From NCBI GenBank assembly GCA_965369605.1, contig CBDURE010000002.1, positions 72-64,071 on the forward strand: a stretch of 64,000 nt of DNA. Reading direction: 5' to 3'. A model generated the notes under the pieces. That model was not told where the DNA came from and did no database searches. It saw only the letters and a list, made by a program, of their open reading frames with translations. Each line of letters begins with the position of its first letter. The stretch's first letter is position 1. This document shows, one piece after another, positions 26,017 to 36,082 of the stretch. A program made the position numbers and the translations under genes. The stretch is from an uncultured bacterium (GTDB lineage: Bacteria > JAJVIF01 > JAGGVT01).

Positions 26017-29001
26017 TCATTTAACGCTCTCATTATTATGTACTGATCTGTATTTAAGATCTCTATTATCGAAAGCAGGTCTTGTGCCCTCCAAAACATC
26101 AACTAACTTTTTGTTGATTTTAGGATTTTCTATAGAACCACTTAAATATGTTACGTTAAAATTATTTTTCTTATCTATTTCGGAGTATATTATTTGTTCT
26201 GCATCACAAACAACTGCAAGGTTAGGATTATGGGTTACAATAATAATCTGCCTTCTTTTTTTTGCATGTTTAATACATTTTACTAAAATCCTAAAAACAG
26301 TTTCATTATCAAGATTTTCTTCTGGTTGATCAATCACCAGAGGAATATCATTTTTATCTATTAAAAGATAAAACACTAACAGGAGAGTTCCTTTTTCTCC
26401 TGGTGATAGCTGATCAAGAGTTTTATCATCCCATGTAAGATTGTACCTCGGTTTTAAATATTCTAAAGAAAATAAGAAATCATAGAATTCTTGGACAGAG
26501 CGATTTTTCCGAATGCTCTGATCAATGTTAACACCGAGCTTTTCTTTATTATCGGATAACTCCATCAATATACCATTAAGGAAATCTATGACTTCATCTG
26601 CATTATTATAATCAGTAAGCTCCATAAGATTAAGAAGTTGTTTATTGCCTTCTTCTATTCCTAAAAACTTACCGCTCCTATCATGTCTAATAAATTCAAA
26701 GAAAATGTCTTTGAAATTTGAAGGTTCTATAATTGCATTGAAACCCAATTTGATATTGTCATCATCACCTGCATGTTTTGTTAAATATTCCTCAACAGGT
26801 TTATACAATTCTTGATACATTATTACAAGGCTTAAGAGAATGGAATGGATTTCTTTAACCTTCTCTTTTCTTTTCTGTCGCAAATTGCTAACGATTTCAG
26901 GCACATTTTCAATTTCTGTTATTTTGGATTCCAAGAACTTGATAGTGCCAATTTTTATTTTATCACCGATAATTTCTTGTCTAGCATCTTCCCATGCCGA
27001 TAACTTCTTAATGTATGTCTGATATTTTTGCTTTGGTATATCTAACTGAGCCTCTAGCTCTGATAACTCTTTTTTATATTTATTTAACTGACTTAACTTA
27101 CTATCAACATTATTTTCATCTAATTGATCCTCAATAGCCTCCAATTCTTTATCATAAATAGATACGAGGTTTTCCAATTTAGACAGATTAATCTCATAGG
27201 TAAAGATATCACTTAAAGATATATCCAAATCATTAAGTTCGTCCGATACATCCTCCTTTAACTTGTCTATTCCTCTCTCAAAATTTCTAAATCTATCAAT
27301 AATTGAACATGCTTTCGCATGATTATTTTTCAATTCAAATTTCTTTTTCTTAGATTTTGATATTTCTTCATTTAATCCCTCAATTAACTTTTCTGCCTTT
27401 TCAATATTTATATTTAACTCTTGAGAATCCTTAGATGGTGATTCATCTGATGGTTGGATTACCTCCTGTGGTTTGGAATCATTCAGACTTAGTAGCTCTT
27501 TGTTTTTTTCCTGAAGTTTGTTTTTAAGCTTCTCAATGTAGGTGTCAGACAATATTGACTCATATTCTATAATCTGATGGTTTAATTCTTTGATGTCCAC
27601 TTTTATCAATTGAATTGATTCATGTGCCTCTGAGGTTCTTTTATCTATAAGTGATCTAAGAGAATCAGTGCCAAGTTTATCTGAATCATCAATATGTGAA
27701 AAAATAACCTCTTGGAGTTCATCATTAAATTTACCACTTGAAGATTCGGTGATTTCATTACAAATCTCCTCTAAGTAGTTTTGTGGTATATATTTAATAG
27801 TCTCATACGAGGAACAATCGACATGTGAATCTAGTGTTTTACTTTCACTTTCTCCACTTATCCAAGTTAATGAGGCCTCAAAGTATTTAGATTTATTGCA
27901 TTTTCGATCTCTAAACTTATTTTTATTGAGAAATGAAAAATTGCTTTCAAGTTTACTATTGCCTAATAAACCAAGAATATCTGAAAAAGCACTTTTACCA
28001 CTTCCTTTGTTACCAATGATTGCAATTAAACCTGGATTTATAGGAGTGGTTGAGTTAAACCAAATCTCCTGAAAACCACTGTTGTCCAATTTTTTAATTT
28101 CTAATGAAGTAACGTACTTGGTCTTATTTGTGTTAATACGATTAAAAATTGGAGGACATTTACCTATATAAACTCTCTCCTTAGGCTCATTTTTAATTTG
28201 CATTAAACCATAAAACGTTGGATCTGCTTTAATCCAGCAATATTTCTCAATTGGACTTGAAGATTCATCCTTCAATTGACCAATTGGGTAAGTGTGATCG
28301 TGAGAATCACTACCCTTGATACAAGCTTTTGGTGCGTTGAACCAATCCTCATAATCCTCGATTTCAAATTTATCATCCATCCAGTGAAAAAAGTCAATCT
28401 GTTTTTGACGAGAGGTAACTATAATATCAGCCTTTGAAATGATGGCAGCTTTAAAGAAGGAACTCTGTGGATCAATGCCATCTATTCCACCATATCCTTC
28501 ATATTCCACCAATACTAAATAATTGTTTATAAAATCTGTCGCGGAATTTAACATCTCAATGACATCGAAATAGTCAACGTCAATTTTAGACAATTCATCA
28601 AGATCAGTATAAACTGATTCAATAAGTTTATAATTACCTGTTCCGTCCTTAAATCTTAACGATTTGATAAATCCTTCAATTCTATCGATTCCGATAGCGG
28701 GATTAAAAAGCACATGAAAATTCATTCTAGTTGCAGATTTTGGATTTCTTCTATCACCAATAATGTTATGTCCCCTGAATTCCACAACAGGTAATAAAAT
28801 TTTGTCCAATTCAGAGCCTTTCGACATTAAATATTTATATCCTGCAACTGTAAAGTAGTCGTTAATGCCAATCACATCACAATCACAATTGTTGATTTGT
28901 GTGATTAACTGCTCGTATGAACCATTGAAATTAATCGAAGCAGGAGTGTGAACATGTAGATCCCACTTTCTCCATTCTGCACCTTTTGGATAATCATTCA
29001 T
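26017..29001 (-). CDS. PHP-domain phosphoesterase fused to a Rad50/SMC-like ABC ATPase with long coiled coil (Ppl-like)
   Basis: PHP signatures WDLHVHTP (aa 13-20) and GSDSHD (~aa 230). Walker A IIGNKGSGKS (~aa 328-337). About 400 aa of K/E/L-rich heptad sequence. C-terminal LSPGEKG signature, Walker B VIDQPEENLD, and IIIVTHNPNL. Stops 3 nt before hsdM. Confidence 0.8.
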   Translation of the reverse strand: MNDYPKGAEWRKWDLHVHTPASINFNGSYEQLITQINNCDCDVIGINDYFTVAGYKYLMSKGSELDKILLPVVEFRGHNIIGDRRNPKSATRMNFHVLFNPAIGIDRIEGFIKSLRFKDGTGNYKLIESVYTDLDELSKIDVDYFDVIEMLNSATDFINNYLVLVEYEGYGGIDGIDPQSSFFKAAIISKADIIVTSRQKQIDFFHWMDDKFEIEDYEDWFNAPKACIKGSDSHDHTYPIGQLKDESSSPIEKYCWIKADPTFYGLMQIKNEPKERVYIGKCPPIFNRINTNKTKYVTSLEIKKLDNSGFQEIWFNSTTPINPGLIAIIGNKGSGKSAFSDILGLLGNSKLESNFSFLNKNKFRDRKCNKSKYFEASLTWISGESESKTLDSHVDCSSYETIKYIPQNYLEEICNEITESSSGKFNDELQEVIFSHIDDSDKLGTDSLRSLIDKRTSEAHESIQLIKVDIKELNHQIIEYESILSDTYIEKLKNKLQEKNKELLSLNDSKPQEVIQPSDESPSKDSQELNINIEKAEKLIEGLNEEISKSKKKKFELKNNHAKACSIIDRFRNFERGIDKLKEDVSDELNDLDISLSDIFTYEINLSKLENLVSIYDKELEAIEDQLDENNVDSKLSQLNKYKKELSELEAQLDIPKQKYQTYIKKLSAWEDARQEIIGDKIKIGTIKFLESKITEIENVPEIVSNLRQKRKEKVKEIHSILLSLVIMYQELYKPVEEYLTKHAGDDDNIKLGFNAIIEPSNFKDIFFEFIRHDRSGKFLGIEEGNKQLLNLMELTDYNNADEVIDFLNGILMELSDNKEKLGVNIDQSIRKNRSVQEFYDFLFSLEYLKPRYNLTWDDKTLDQLSPGEKGTLLLVFYLLIDKNDIPLVIDQPEENLDNETVFRILVKCIKHAKKRRQIIIVTHNPNLAVVCDAEQIIYSEIDKKNNFNVTYLSGSIENPKINKKLVDVLEGTRPAFDNRDLKYRSVHNNESVK

Positions 29002-29004
29002 AAT

Positions 29005-29355
29005 TTACCTCACTCTCATTGTAAACCCACAGGATGAACAATCAATATAGTCTGGATGGCTTAGGCATTTGGGACAGCGTCCGAAGTAACTGCCGGGACG
29101 CTTGAACCCGCATCCGCATTTCCATGATCCGAGTAATGGGATTGGGTCTCCGCAGAATCGGCAGATAAGATGTTCTCTGGATAATTGCTGGTGTCGAATC
29201 GTCCCGGGAAACTTCATTAGGATGAGATCTAAAGTGTAAAGCGCAAGTCTGGTAGCCAGGATCTTTTTAAAGAATCCGACTGCATCATCAATAAAACCTC
29301 TGAAGTCCTGTATATCTTTTTTAAGACTGGCATTGAATGTTTCCTGCATAATCAA
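29005..29355 (-). CDS. Small double zinc-ribbon protein (116 aa)
   Basis: Four Cys pairs in the C-terminal half: CRFC, CGC, CPKC, CSSC. ATGA overlap with the upstream gene and a 3-nt spacer to the downstream ATPase gene. Confidence 0.65.
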   Translation of the reverse strand: MIMQETFNASLKKDIQDFRGFIDDAVGFFKKILATRLALYTLDLILMKFPGTIRHQQLSREHLICRFCGDPIPLLGSWKCGCGFKRPGSYFGRCPKCLSHPDYIDCSSCGFTMRVR

Positions 29356-30311
29356 CCTCCGATGGAATCTAAAATGCTGACCTTCTCAGCGAGATCATAC
29401 TTGTCAATTTGATGTGTTCCCTCGTCGTAGCCCTGATAGAGATCGCTTGCGCGAGTCCAAATATTATCCAAAACTTCATCAGGATTAATATGGTTGGAGA
29501 CAGTATACCAGAAACCCCGCTTGCCTCCTATGGAAACAGTGCTTTTAGCCAGTGACATGACTCGTTTACTGCCTGTGGTAATTGTCAGCACAATAAACCA
29601 GTTCGTTTTGAATCGTTCGATTAATTCTGAACTTCGAGCGTATTCGTGATACACAATCACCTTATCCTGCCATCGTTTGGTGGTCATGGTGGCACGATCC
29701 ACCTCAACAAAAAAGAGTCCAAATTCATCGTTGGTGAATTTCAAACCGACAATAGCATCAGGAATAATCGCTGATTCAAACCTTGCGCCATCTTTATCTT
29801 TTAGAGTAACGGCAATTTTATGATTGTCAGGATTAGTTCCGATAACCTTGAATAATTTTATTTTACCTTTCTCTTGCGACTTTGATAGTGCTATCTCGAA
29901 AGAGATCATGGCATTGTTAATTGCCATAAGATGTTGAATATGAGTGACGCTAATCTTGTTCAGATGTCTCCGCCAAGGGATTTCATCACGGGCGACATCA
30001 TCCGTTCGCGCGAGAAGTTTTGCACCTTTTTCAGTCATAACGTAAATCATCTTGTGTGAATGAAGGCTGTCTGAAAGGATGATTCTATCGAGATACTTGT
30101 TGTGGTAAAGGTAACGCAGACGGTTTTCCATCCCACGTCTGCTGGCTTTCGGAAAAAGCCATTCCAACTGTGAGAGATAGAGAAATCGATATTTGAGAAT
30201 AGCTCGGATAAACTCAATATCTCTTTCAGTCAATTGAAAACGAGGAGGGCTTTTTGTTCTCCTGACTTTAGGCAATCTTTCCTGATCTGTTTTTCTTTTT
30301 CTAGGACTCAT
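29352..30311 (-). CDS. Replication-relaxation (Replic_Relax)-like protein: wHTH plus PD-(D/E)XK-like core
   Basis: N-terminal LTERDIEFIRAILKYRFLYLSQLEWLF...RLRYLYHNKYLDR (winged-helix pattern of the family). IIPDAIVGL...FFVEVDRAT resembles a PD..ExD/K nuclease motif. Confidence 0.6.
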   Translation of the reverse strand: MSPRKRKTDQERLPKVRRTKSPPRFQLTERDIEFIRAILKYRFLYLSQLEWLFPKASRRGMENRLRYLYHNKYLDRIILSDSLHSHKMIYVMTEKGAKLLARTDDVARDEIPWRRHLNKISVTHIQHLMAINNAMISFEIALSKSQEKGKIKLFKVIGTNPDNHKIAVTLKDKDGARFESAIIPDAIVGLKFTNDEFGLFFVEVDRATMTTKRWQDKVIVYHEYARSSELIERFKTNWFIVLTITTGSKRVMSLAKSTVSIGGKRGFWYTVSNHINPDEVLDNIWTRASDLYQGYDEGTHQIDKYDLAEKVSILDSIGG

Positions 30312-30362
30312 AAGCGATTCAATTATCGCATATACTTAACGCAATTTGAAATATGAGTTTTA

Positions 30363-30450
30363 CATACGCTAACCCAACTCATCTTAGGGACAAGATACAT
30401 TGGTTAGTATACAGAATATACAACATTTGGGAATTGGTGTTTCGTTCGAC
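30363..30450. repeat. 88-nt intergenic element, copy 1 (upstream of the defence operon)
   Basis: Roughly three-quarters identical, gap-free, to 38968-39055. Longest shared runs are CTTAGGGA, ATACAGAAT, TACAACA, TGGGAAT. Confidence 0.8.
30406..30433 (-). promoter_or_regulatory. Candidate sigma70-type promoter inside the 88-nt element
   Basis: Minus strand TTCCCA-16 nt-TATACT. The second copy keeps TTCCCA-16 nt-TATGCT at the same offset. It lies about 95 nt upstream of the ATG at 30311. Confidence 0.3.
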
Positions 30451-30487
30451 TAAAACGAGGATAGATTGAGTGCTTTAATTTATAAGA

Positions 30488-33211
30488 TTAATAGTATCCA
30501 TCTGAGTTCAATTTTATCACATAAGCATCAATACTTTCTGAATAATGAGGATCATAACCAGTGCCAGGATCTAAATCAGAAAATCCTTGAAAGTGACCTG
30601 GAATTATAATATTGAGATCATTGTCGATTACTATTCCTACAGAAGCTTGATATTGTGAACTACCCCAGGTTCTCACCCACTGATAGTTTCCATCCCCGTC
30701 AAACTTGCTTAGGTAAGCACTCTTTGCCCCCTCCTCCGCAGCTGTATGCCAGTCTTCTCCAGGTCCGGGATCAAAATCTCTTGTATAATCGAATGAACCC
30801 GTGACGAAAATGTTTCCTGAATAATCTAAACTTACATATCCTGAACCTGACCTCCATGTTTGAACCCAATCAAAAGTGCCATTTTCACTAAATTTACTTA
30901 GAAAAACATGTGTTGCCAGTTCAAAACCATGTAATTCGATCCCCGGTCCCGGATCAAAATCTACTTCACCAATAAATTGACCTGTTACAAATATACTACC
31001 CGTACTATCAACAACAATCCCTCGACCGGAATCGTTCTCTGCACCACCCCAAACCAATACATATTCAAACTCACCTGTTGAATCGAATTTACTGACAAAA
31101 ACGTCATCACTATAAACCTCACTCGAACAATGCTCCTCAATTCCTGGTCCAGGATCGAAATCAACGACACCTCGAAAATTGCCTGTAATATAAGTATTTC
31201 CTGAATTATCTGAAGCAATCCCTACACACTCTTCAGATGTTTCTCCTCCCCATGCTCTAGCTAATAATAAATTACCTGATGAATCAAATTTGCTCAGGAA
31301 GCAATCGTACCAGCTTGTGCTGACGTGTCTTTCCTCGTCAGGACCAGGATCGAAATCAACTGATCCCTTGAATATTCCCGATATACTAATATTTCCCATT
31401 ATGTCAACAGCAATATCTGAAGGAATTGCATATCCCCAATGCCTGACCCATAGGAAATTCCCGTTTGAGTCAAACTTACTTATAAAAGCATCCAAACTGG
31501 AATCTGAAGAAACATAATGTTCACCAATTCCGGGATCAAAATCAACTGTCTGCATAAAATAACCAGTTACATATATATTGTCATTAGTATCTACTGCTAA
31601 TGCTATCCCAACGTCATTCTTTGTACTTCCCCATGTATATGCATAAATAAAATTCCCATTAGAGTCAAATTTACTTAAGTAACACTCTTCCCAACCATTT
31701 CCCTGATGCCAATCTTCATCTTGTCCGGGATTAAAATCCAGACCAGATATAAATTTACCTGTAACATAAACGTTTCCCGAACTATCAATCACCACACCAT
31801 TAGCAGTTTCCTCTTCTTCGTCATTTCCCCAAATTCTTGCCCAACCTCTGTTGTTTAATGTTGGAGTTACAGAAATAACAACTTCATTTGTATCTATATT
31901 TGGTGGGTCACAATTGTCCTGGCATCTAACAGCAAACCAACAGGTTTCGCCATCGAAAAGACCTGTAAATGTGGTTGGCTCATTTGTCGATGCAATTCCA
32001 TAAACCTGATCCCACGGATAATCATCAGAATCCTTAAAAATCAAATATTCAACAGGTGGTGTCTGTTCATCTGTAGCTGTACCCCAATAAACAGTAACTT
32101 CACCATTGCCTTCGACAATATCAGCAATGCCTACAATATCATCCCAGATGGGTGGTTGATCATCTTTACCGCCTGCCAGCACTATTATATTAGAATCAAT
32201 GTTAGGTGGGCTGGCGCTATCACGGCAGCGAACACCAAACCAGTATGTATGTCTTTCGAGACCCTTAAATGTATATGAGCTAGCTGATGATCTTACAACA
32301 GGTGATTTATCCCAGGGATCATTATCTGAATCCATATATAATAGATACCAGACATCAGGAGTATCAACATCAGTTGCACTACCATAGTAAACTGTTACCT
32401 GATCACCATCGGTTTCAGTACGAGTGATACCGATTGTATCATCCCAAACCGGTGGATAAACATCAGGAGCATCGCCGAGTAAAGGTTTTGCAGATAAAAC
32501 AACAAAATTTGCATCAATATTCTCCGGGTTGGCACTATCTGAACATCTGACACCAAACCAGTAGGTTTGCCCATTAATAAGTTCATAGAAAGTGTATTGC
32601 TCATTTGAATATAAATAAATCGGTATTTGGTCCCAAGGATTATCATCATTATCCATGTACAACAGGTATCGAACCGGAGGGGATGAAGTATCTGTCGCTG
32701 TTCCCCAATTAAGTGTTAATTCGTGATTACCGGGCAATACATTTGTTATTCCTATTGTACTATCCCAGATCGGGGGTTGAGTATCTGGAATGTCACCCTC
32801 AGTAAATGGTATTGCGGATAACACATTAATATTTGTATCTATGTTAGGTGGATTAGCGCCATCTTGGCATCTTACACCGAACCAATATGTATTTCCGTTT
32901 ATTAAAGAAGCAAATGTATATGGTTTGTTTGTTGCCTGAATGATCGGGATTTGATCCCAGGGATTGTCATCAGTGTCCATGAAAATGAGGTAACTTGCAG
33001 GAGGACTGGCAATGTCTGTTGAAGTTCCCCAGTGTACATTGACTGAGCTGTTGCCGGGAACAACACTGCTAATACCTGCATAATTATCCCAAACTGGATG
33101 CTCAGTGTCGGGATCTGGCGGTGTAACAGGTTGCCTGTTTCCATGACAACCGGTAACCAAATAAGCGATACATAGAGAAAGAAACAGGATTGCTAATAAA
33201 ACCTTTTTCAT
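30488..33211 (-). CDS. Lipoprotein: 4 tandem FN3-like modules + SBBP-type beta-propeller repeats
   Basis: Signal peptide/lipobox LVTGC. Four ~105-aa repeats (PPIWD..G...V.WGTATD...PP..YL.....D.PWD....YTF..L..G.TYWFGVRC.D...P.NID). About 10 repeats then follow, of type Y.TG.F.G.VDFDPGPG......S...DAF.SKFDS.G.F.W. ATG at 33211 preferred over TTG at 33226. Confidence 0.8.
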   Translation of the reverse strand: MKKVLLAILFLSLCIAYLVTGCHGNRQPVTPPDPDTEHPVWDNYAGISSVVPGNSSVNVHWGTSTDIASPPASYLIFMDTDDNPWDQIPIIQATNKPYTFASLINGNTYWFGVRCQDGANPPNIDTNINVLSAIPFTEGDIPDTQPPIWDSTIGITNVLPGNHELTLNWGTATDTSSPPVRYLLYMDNDDNPWDQIPIYLYSNEQYTFYELINGQTYWFGVRCSDSANPENIDANFVVLSAKPLLGDAPDVYPPVWDDTIGITRTETDGDQVTVYYGSATDVDTPDVWYLLYMDSDNDPWDKSPVVRSSASSYTFKGLERHTYWFGVRCRDSASPPNIDSNIIVLAGGKDDQPPIWDDIVGIADIVEGNGEVTVYWGTATDEQTPPVEYLIFKDSDDYPWDQVYGIASTNEPTTFTGLFDGETCWFAVRCQDNCDPPNIDTNEVVISVTPTLNNRGWARIWGNDEEEETANGVVIDSSGNVYVTGKFISGLDFNPGQDEDWHQGNGWEECYLSKFDSNGNFIYAYTWGSTKNDVGIALAVDTNDNIYVTGYFMQTVDFDPGIGEHYVSSDSSLDAFISKFDSNGNFLWVRHWGYAIPSDIAVDIMGNISISGIFKGSVDFDPGPDEERHVSTSWYDCFLSKFDSSGNLLLARAWGGETSEECVGIASDNSGNTYITGNFRGVVDFDPGPGIEEHCSSEVYSDDVFVSKFDSTGEFEYVLVWGGAENDSGRGIVVDSTGSIFVTGQFIGEVDFDPGPGIELHGFELATHVFLSKFSENGTFDWVQTWRSGSGYVSLDYSGNIFVTGSFDYTRDFDPGPGEDWHTAAEEGAKSAYLSKFDGDGNYQWVRTWGSSQYQASVGIVIDNDLNIIIPGHFQGFSDLDPGTGYDPHYSESIDAYVIKLNSDGYY

Positions 33212-33237
33212 CTTCCATTTCCCCAAAACGGGCTGAT

Positions 33238-35895
33238 TTAATATGCCCCATCGGGCTTAATTTTTAACAGGAAAGCGTCTCTGTCACCATTGGATATTCT
33301 GATATCCTGACCTGAGCCAGGATCAAAATCAACGTCACTCTCATAAGCCCCCGAAAGGTAAATGCTGCCAGAATTATCGGAGGTTACGCCGTAACCATAG
33401 TCACCATTGATATAAGCGTCCCCGCCCCAGGTTTGTGACCATATATAATTACCATTCGGATCGAGTTTGCTAAGAAAAATATCCATATCACCGTTTGATA
33501 TTTTCCAATCACTTTCAGTGCCAGGATCGAAATCGCATGAATCACAGAAATAACCAGTTACAAGGAAATTTCCTGAAATATCGATACTGATTCCCCTGGG
33601 GACTGCACCACCTGTTCCACCCCAATGAATTGCATTTATATAATTACCATTCTCGTCAAATCTACTAATGAATACATCAGCATATTGTGAATACGAAGCG
33701 CGATAATCACTTCCTGATCCTGGGTCAAAATCAACGACGTACATGAACGCACCTAATACATTGACATTATTTAAACTGTCGCAGATGACTGCATATGCTT
33801 CATCAATTTCCACACCACCCCATGCTCGAGACCATAGAAAGTTCCCATCCAAGTTATATTTAGCTAGAAAAACATCATAATTACCATTTGATGTATGCTC
33901 ATCTACGCCTAAACCTGGATCAAAATCTGCAATTCCTCTAAATGCACCAGTAATGTAAATATTTCCATCATTTTCAAAAGTCAGTCCCAAACCACGATCT
34001 TTATCTGGTCCTCCTGAAGTTTGCACCCATAGAAAGTTGCCATCTGAATCAAATTTATTCACGAATATATCATCACTATCAGCAGTAGATGTCCTAATTT
34101 CCTGATTGATACCAGGATCAAAATCAACTGTCCCCAAAAAACGCCCAGTTGCATAGATATTTCCCATGGTGTCTTTGTCAATTTCTGCAGCACTTCCCCG
34201 TCCCCAGACACGTACCCATAAATAGTTTCCATCATTATCGAATTTGCTAATATATGCATATGTTGACCACCATCCGGGTGTAGAATATTCATCCACCCCA
34301 GGACCTGGATCGAAATCAACATCTCGAACAAAACTCCCGGAAATATATATTTCATCATTCTCTGTTATTAATATATCAATTGCAGATGCAAACAATCCCC
34401 AGGTTCTCCCCCAGTAATAGTTACCATCTATATCATATTTGCACAAAAACGGTCCACCATGTTTTTCGTCGATCTTTGCACCGGGATCAAGATCAGCAAC
34501 TCTTGAATTATATCCATCTATTTTCCCGACCAAATAAATAAGACCGTCATCATCCGTGACTATTGTGCCACAATAATCATGGCCTGCGTTACCCCATGAC
34601 CTCACCCATCCGCCATCGGTTACAACAGTTGCAACAAAGGTCTGGTAAGATGAGAACTCAGATATATTATGATATTCGATAATGTTCCCATCAGGTGAAT
34701 GAACAAGCGTATCAGTCTCTCCACCATATTCAATCACTGTAGGGACTCTTGAATCGAGAACTTTTACCAATCCTAAATATTCACCTGCGCCAAGACCATT
34801 TTCATTGGCAAAACTTGCAACATATTCCAAAGGATCATTCCAACCATTTGTAATTTCATCGATTATTGTTGCTTCAATTGGTGAATCAGTCATGCCGGGT
34901 ATTTCAACCTGAACAAGAGTCACATCACTGGCTGCACTGATAAAATCGGTATTTTCAGGTTCAGGGAAATTGTCAGCCACAATTGCACCGTGATTCCAGT
35001 CATATATATCAATTACAACTGGATATTCTGTAATCGCATCGTGGTATTCCCAGGTATTTCCAATAGCAGGTGGATCATCACCCTCAGGTGGTGTAATTTC
35101 AATCTTCCAAGCAGCTTTCCTGTTAAACTCAGGTAGATAGTACACAGGCTCTAATCTGTCATGTAATTCAGCGCTCCAGCCATATCCCATAGTAAGATAG
35201 ACAACAAATCGTTGCTCCAATTTCTTTGGAAAAGCAACGTCAAAGTTCTTCTCAATTGTTCCCATTTGAAAACGATTATTTTGAGGATTTTTTGAACAAA
35301 TTATGAAAGGAAAAACTCCCCCTCCGTGAATACCAGCTAAATCTGACGTAAGACCATCTGCATTTAGAATCGAATTCACATAAACGTCCTGCTCAACAAG
35401 GGAGTATGGTGATGTTACATCACAAACAGGTGCAACCACAAGCGTGACATCAAAAAGATCGAGGTCCAATCGATTATATCGGGAAGGTGGCTGACAAATA
35501 TCACCTTTTGGAAAAGGATGTCTAATCGTAAATTCTACAACGATGTTCTCATTATCATCCAGCCTGATGCTTTTCAATTTCAGGCAATCATAACAAGGGG
35601 TGATTGTAAAGAAAGCGCCTCCACTTACAGTGTATGATTCCCCTATAGCTGATGTCCTTATTGGAATTAATGCACAATCTGTTCCTTCAGATGTTAAAAC
35701 CAAACTAAATGAACCCAGAATACCAGTAGCATATGTTTCATTACATTCAATTATGGGAATTGTTGTTGCCAGCATGTTTCCAGGATTACCTAATGAGTAA
35801 TCCGTGGCTACCATGTCAGAGCTGATATTTGAGCATCCAGCTATGAACAACAGTACTAAAACAAATATACAGATTTGAGATGCAAATCCTTTCAA
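33238..35895 (-). CDS. Lipoprotein: unknown ~430-aa N-terminal domain + SBBP-type beta-propeller repeats
   Basis: TTG start with AAGGAG 9 nt upstream. Lipobox FIAGC. C-terminal half repeats the GxFxGxxDFDPG...DxFxxKxDxxGNxxW unit about 9 times. Confidence 0.8.
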   Translation of the reverse strand: MKGFASQICIFVLVLLFIAGCSNISSDMVATDYSLGNPGNMLATTIPIIECNETYATGILGSFSLVLTSEGTDCALIPIRTSAIGESYTVSGGAFFTITPCYDCLKLKSIRLDDNENIVVEFTIRHPFPKGDICQPPSRYNRLDLDLFDVTLVVAPVCDVTSPYSLVEQDVYVNSILNADGLTSDLAGIHGGGVFPFIICSKNPQNNRFQMGTIEKNFDVAFPKKLEQRFVVYLTMGYGWSAELHDRLEPVYYLPEFNRKAAWKIEITPPEGDDPPAIGNTWEYHDAITEYPVVIDIYDWNHGAIVADNFPEPENTDFISAASDVTLVQVEIPGMTDSPIEATIIDEITNGWNDPLEYVASFANENGLGAGEYLGLVKVLDSRVPTVIEYGGETDTLVHSPDGNIIEYHNISEFSSYQTFVATVVTDGGWVRSWGNAGHDYCGTIVTDDDGLIYLVGKIDGYNSRVADLDPGAKIDEKHGGPFLCKYDIDGNYYWGRTWGLFASAIDILITENDEIYISGSFVRDVDFDPGPGVDEYSTPGWWSTYAYISKFDNDGNYLWVRVWGRGSAAEIDKDTMGNIYATGRFLGTVDFDPGINQEIRTSTADSDDIFVNKFDSDGNFLWVQTSGGPDKDRGLGLTFENDGNIYITGAFRGIADFDPGLGVDEHTSNGNYDVFLAKYNLDGNFLWSRAWGGVEIDEAYAVICDSLNNVNVLGAFMYVVDFDPGSGSDYRASYSQYADVFISRFDENGNYINAIHWGGTGGAVPRGISIDISGNFLVTGYFCDSCDFDPGTESDWKISNGDMDIFLSKLDPNGNYIWSQTWGGDAYINGDYGYGVTSDNSGSIYLSGAYESDVDFDPGSGQDIRISNGDRDAFLLKIKPDGAY

Positions 35896-36082
35896 AAATA
35901 AATCTCCTTTTCCTAATTAGCGATCTAAATAATTTAAGGTCGCTGCAAGAAGAGAAATACTAGGTCTAATACAAACAACTTCCTGTCATCTCTTTTTTCC
36001 TCTTATGCAGCGACCTCAATCTTTATCATGAATAACACTCTTAATTATATCATAAACCCATATGGGGATTTATGCAAGAGCA

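Noticed and set aside
32100-33130. Four ~315-nt tandem DNA repeats, considered as a CRISPR-like or DGR variable region.
   Set aside because: They are in-frame protein-domain repeats (FN3-like) of diverged sequence inside a lipoprotein gene. There is no reverse transcriptase or template repeat in the window, and the repeats are far too long and too diverged for CRISPR.
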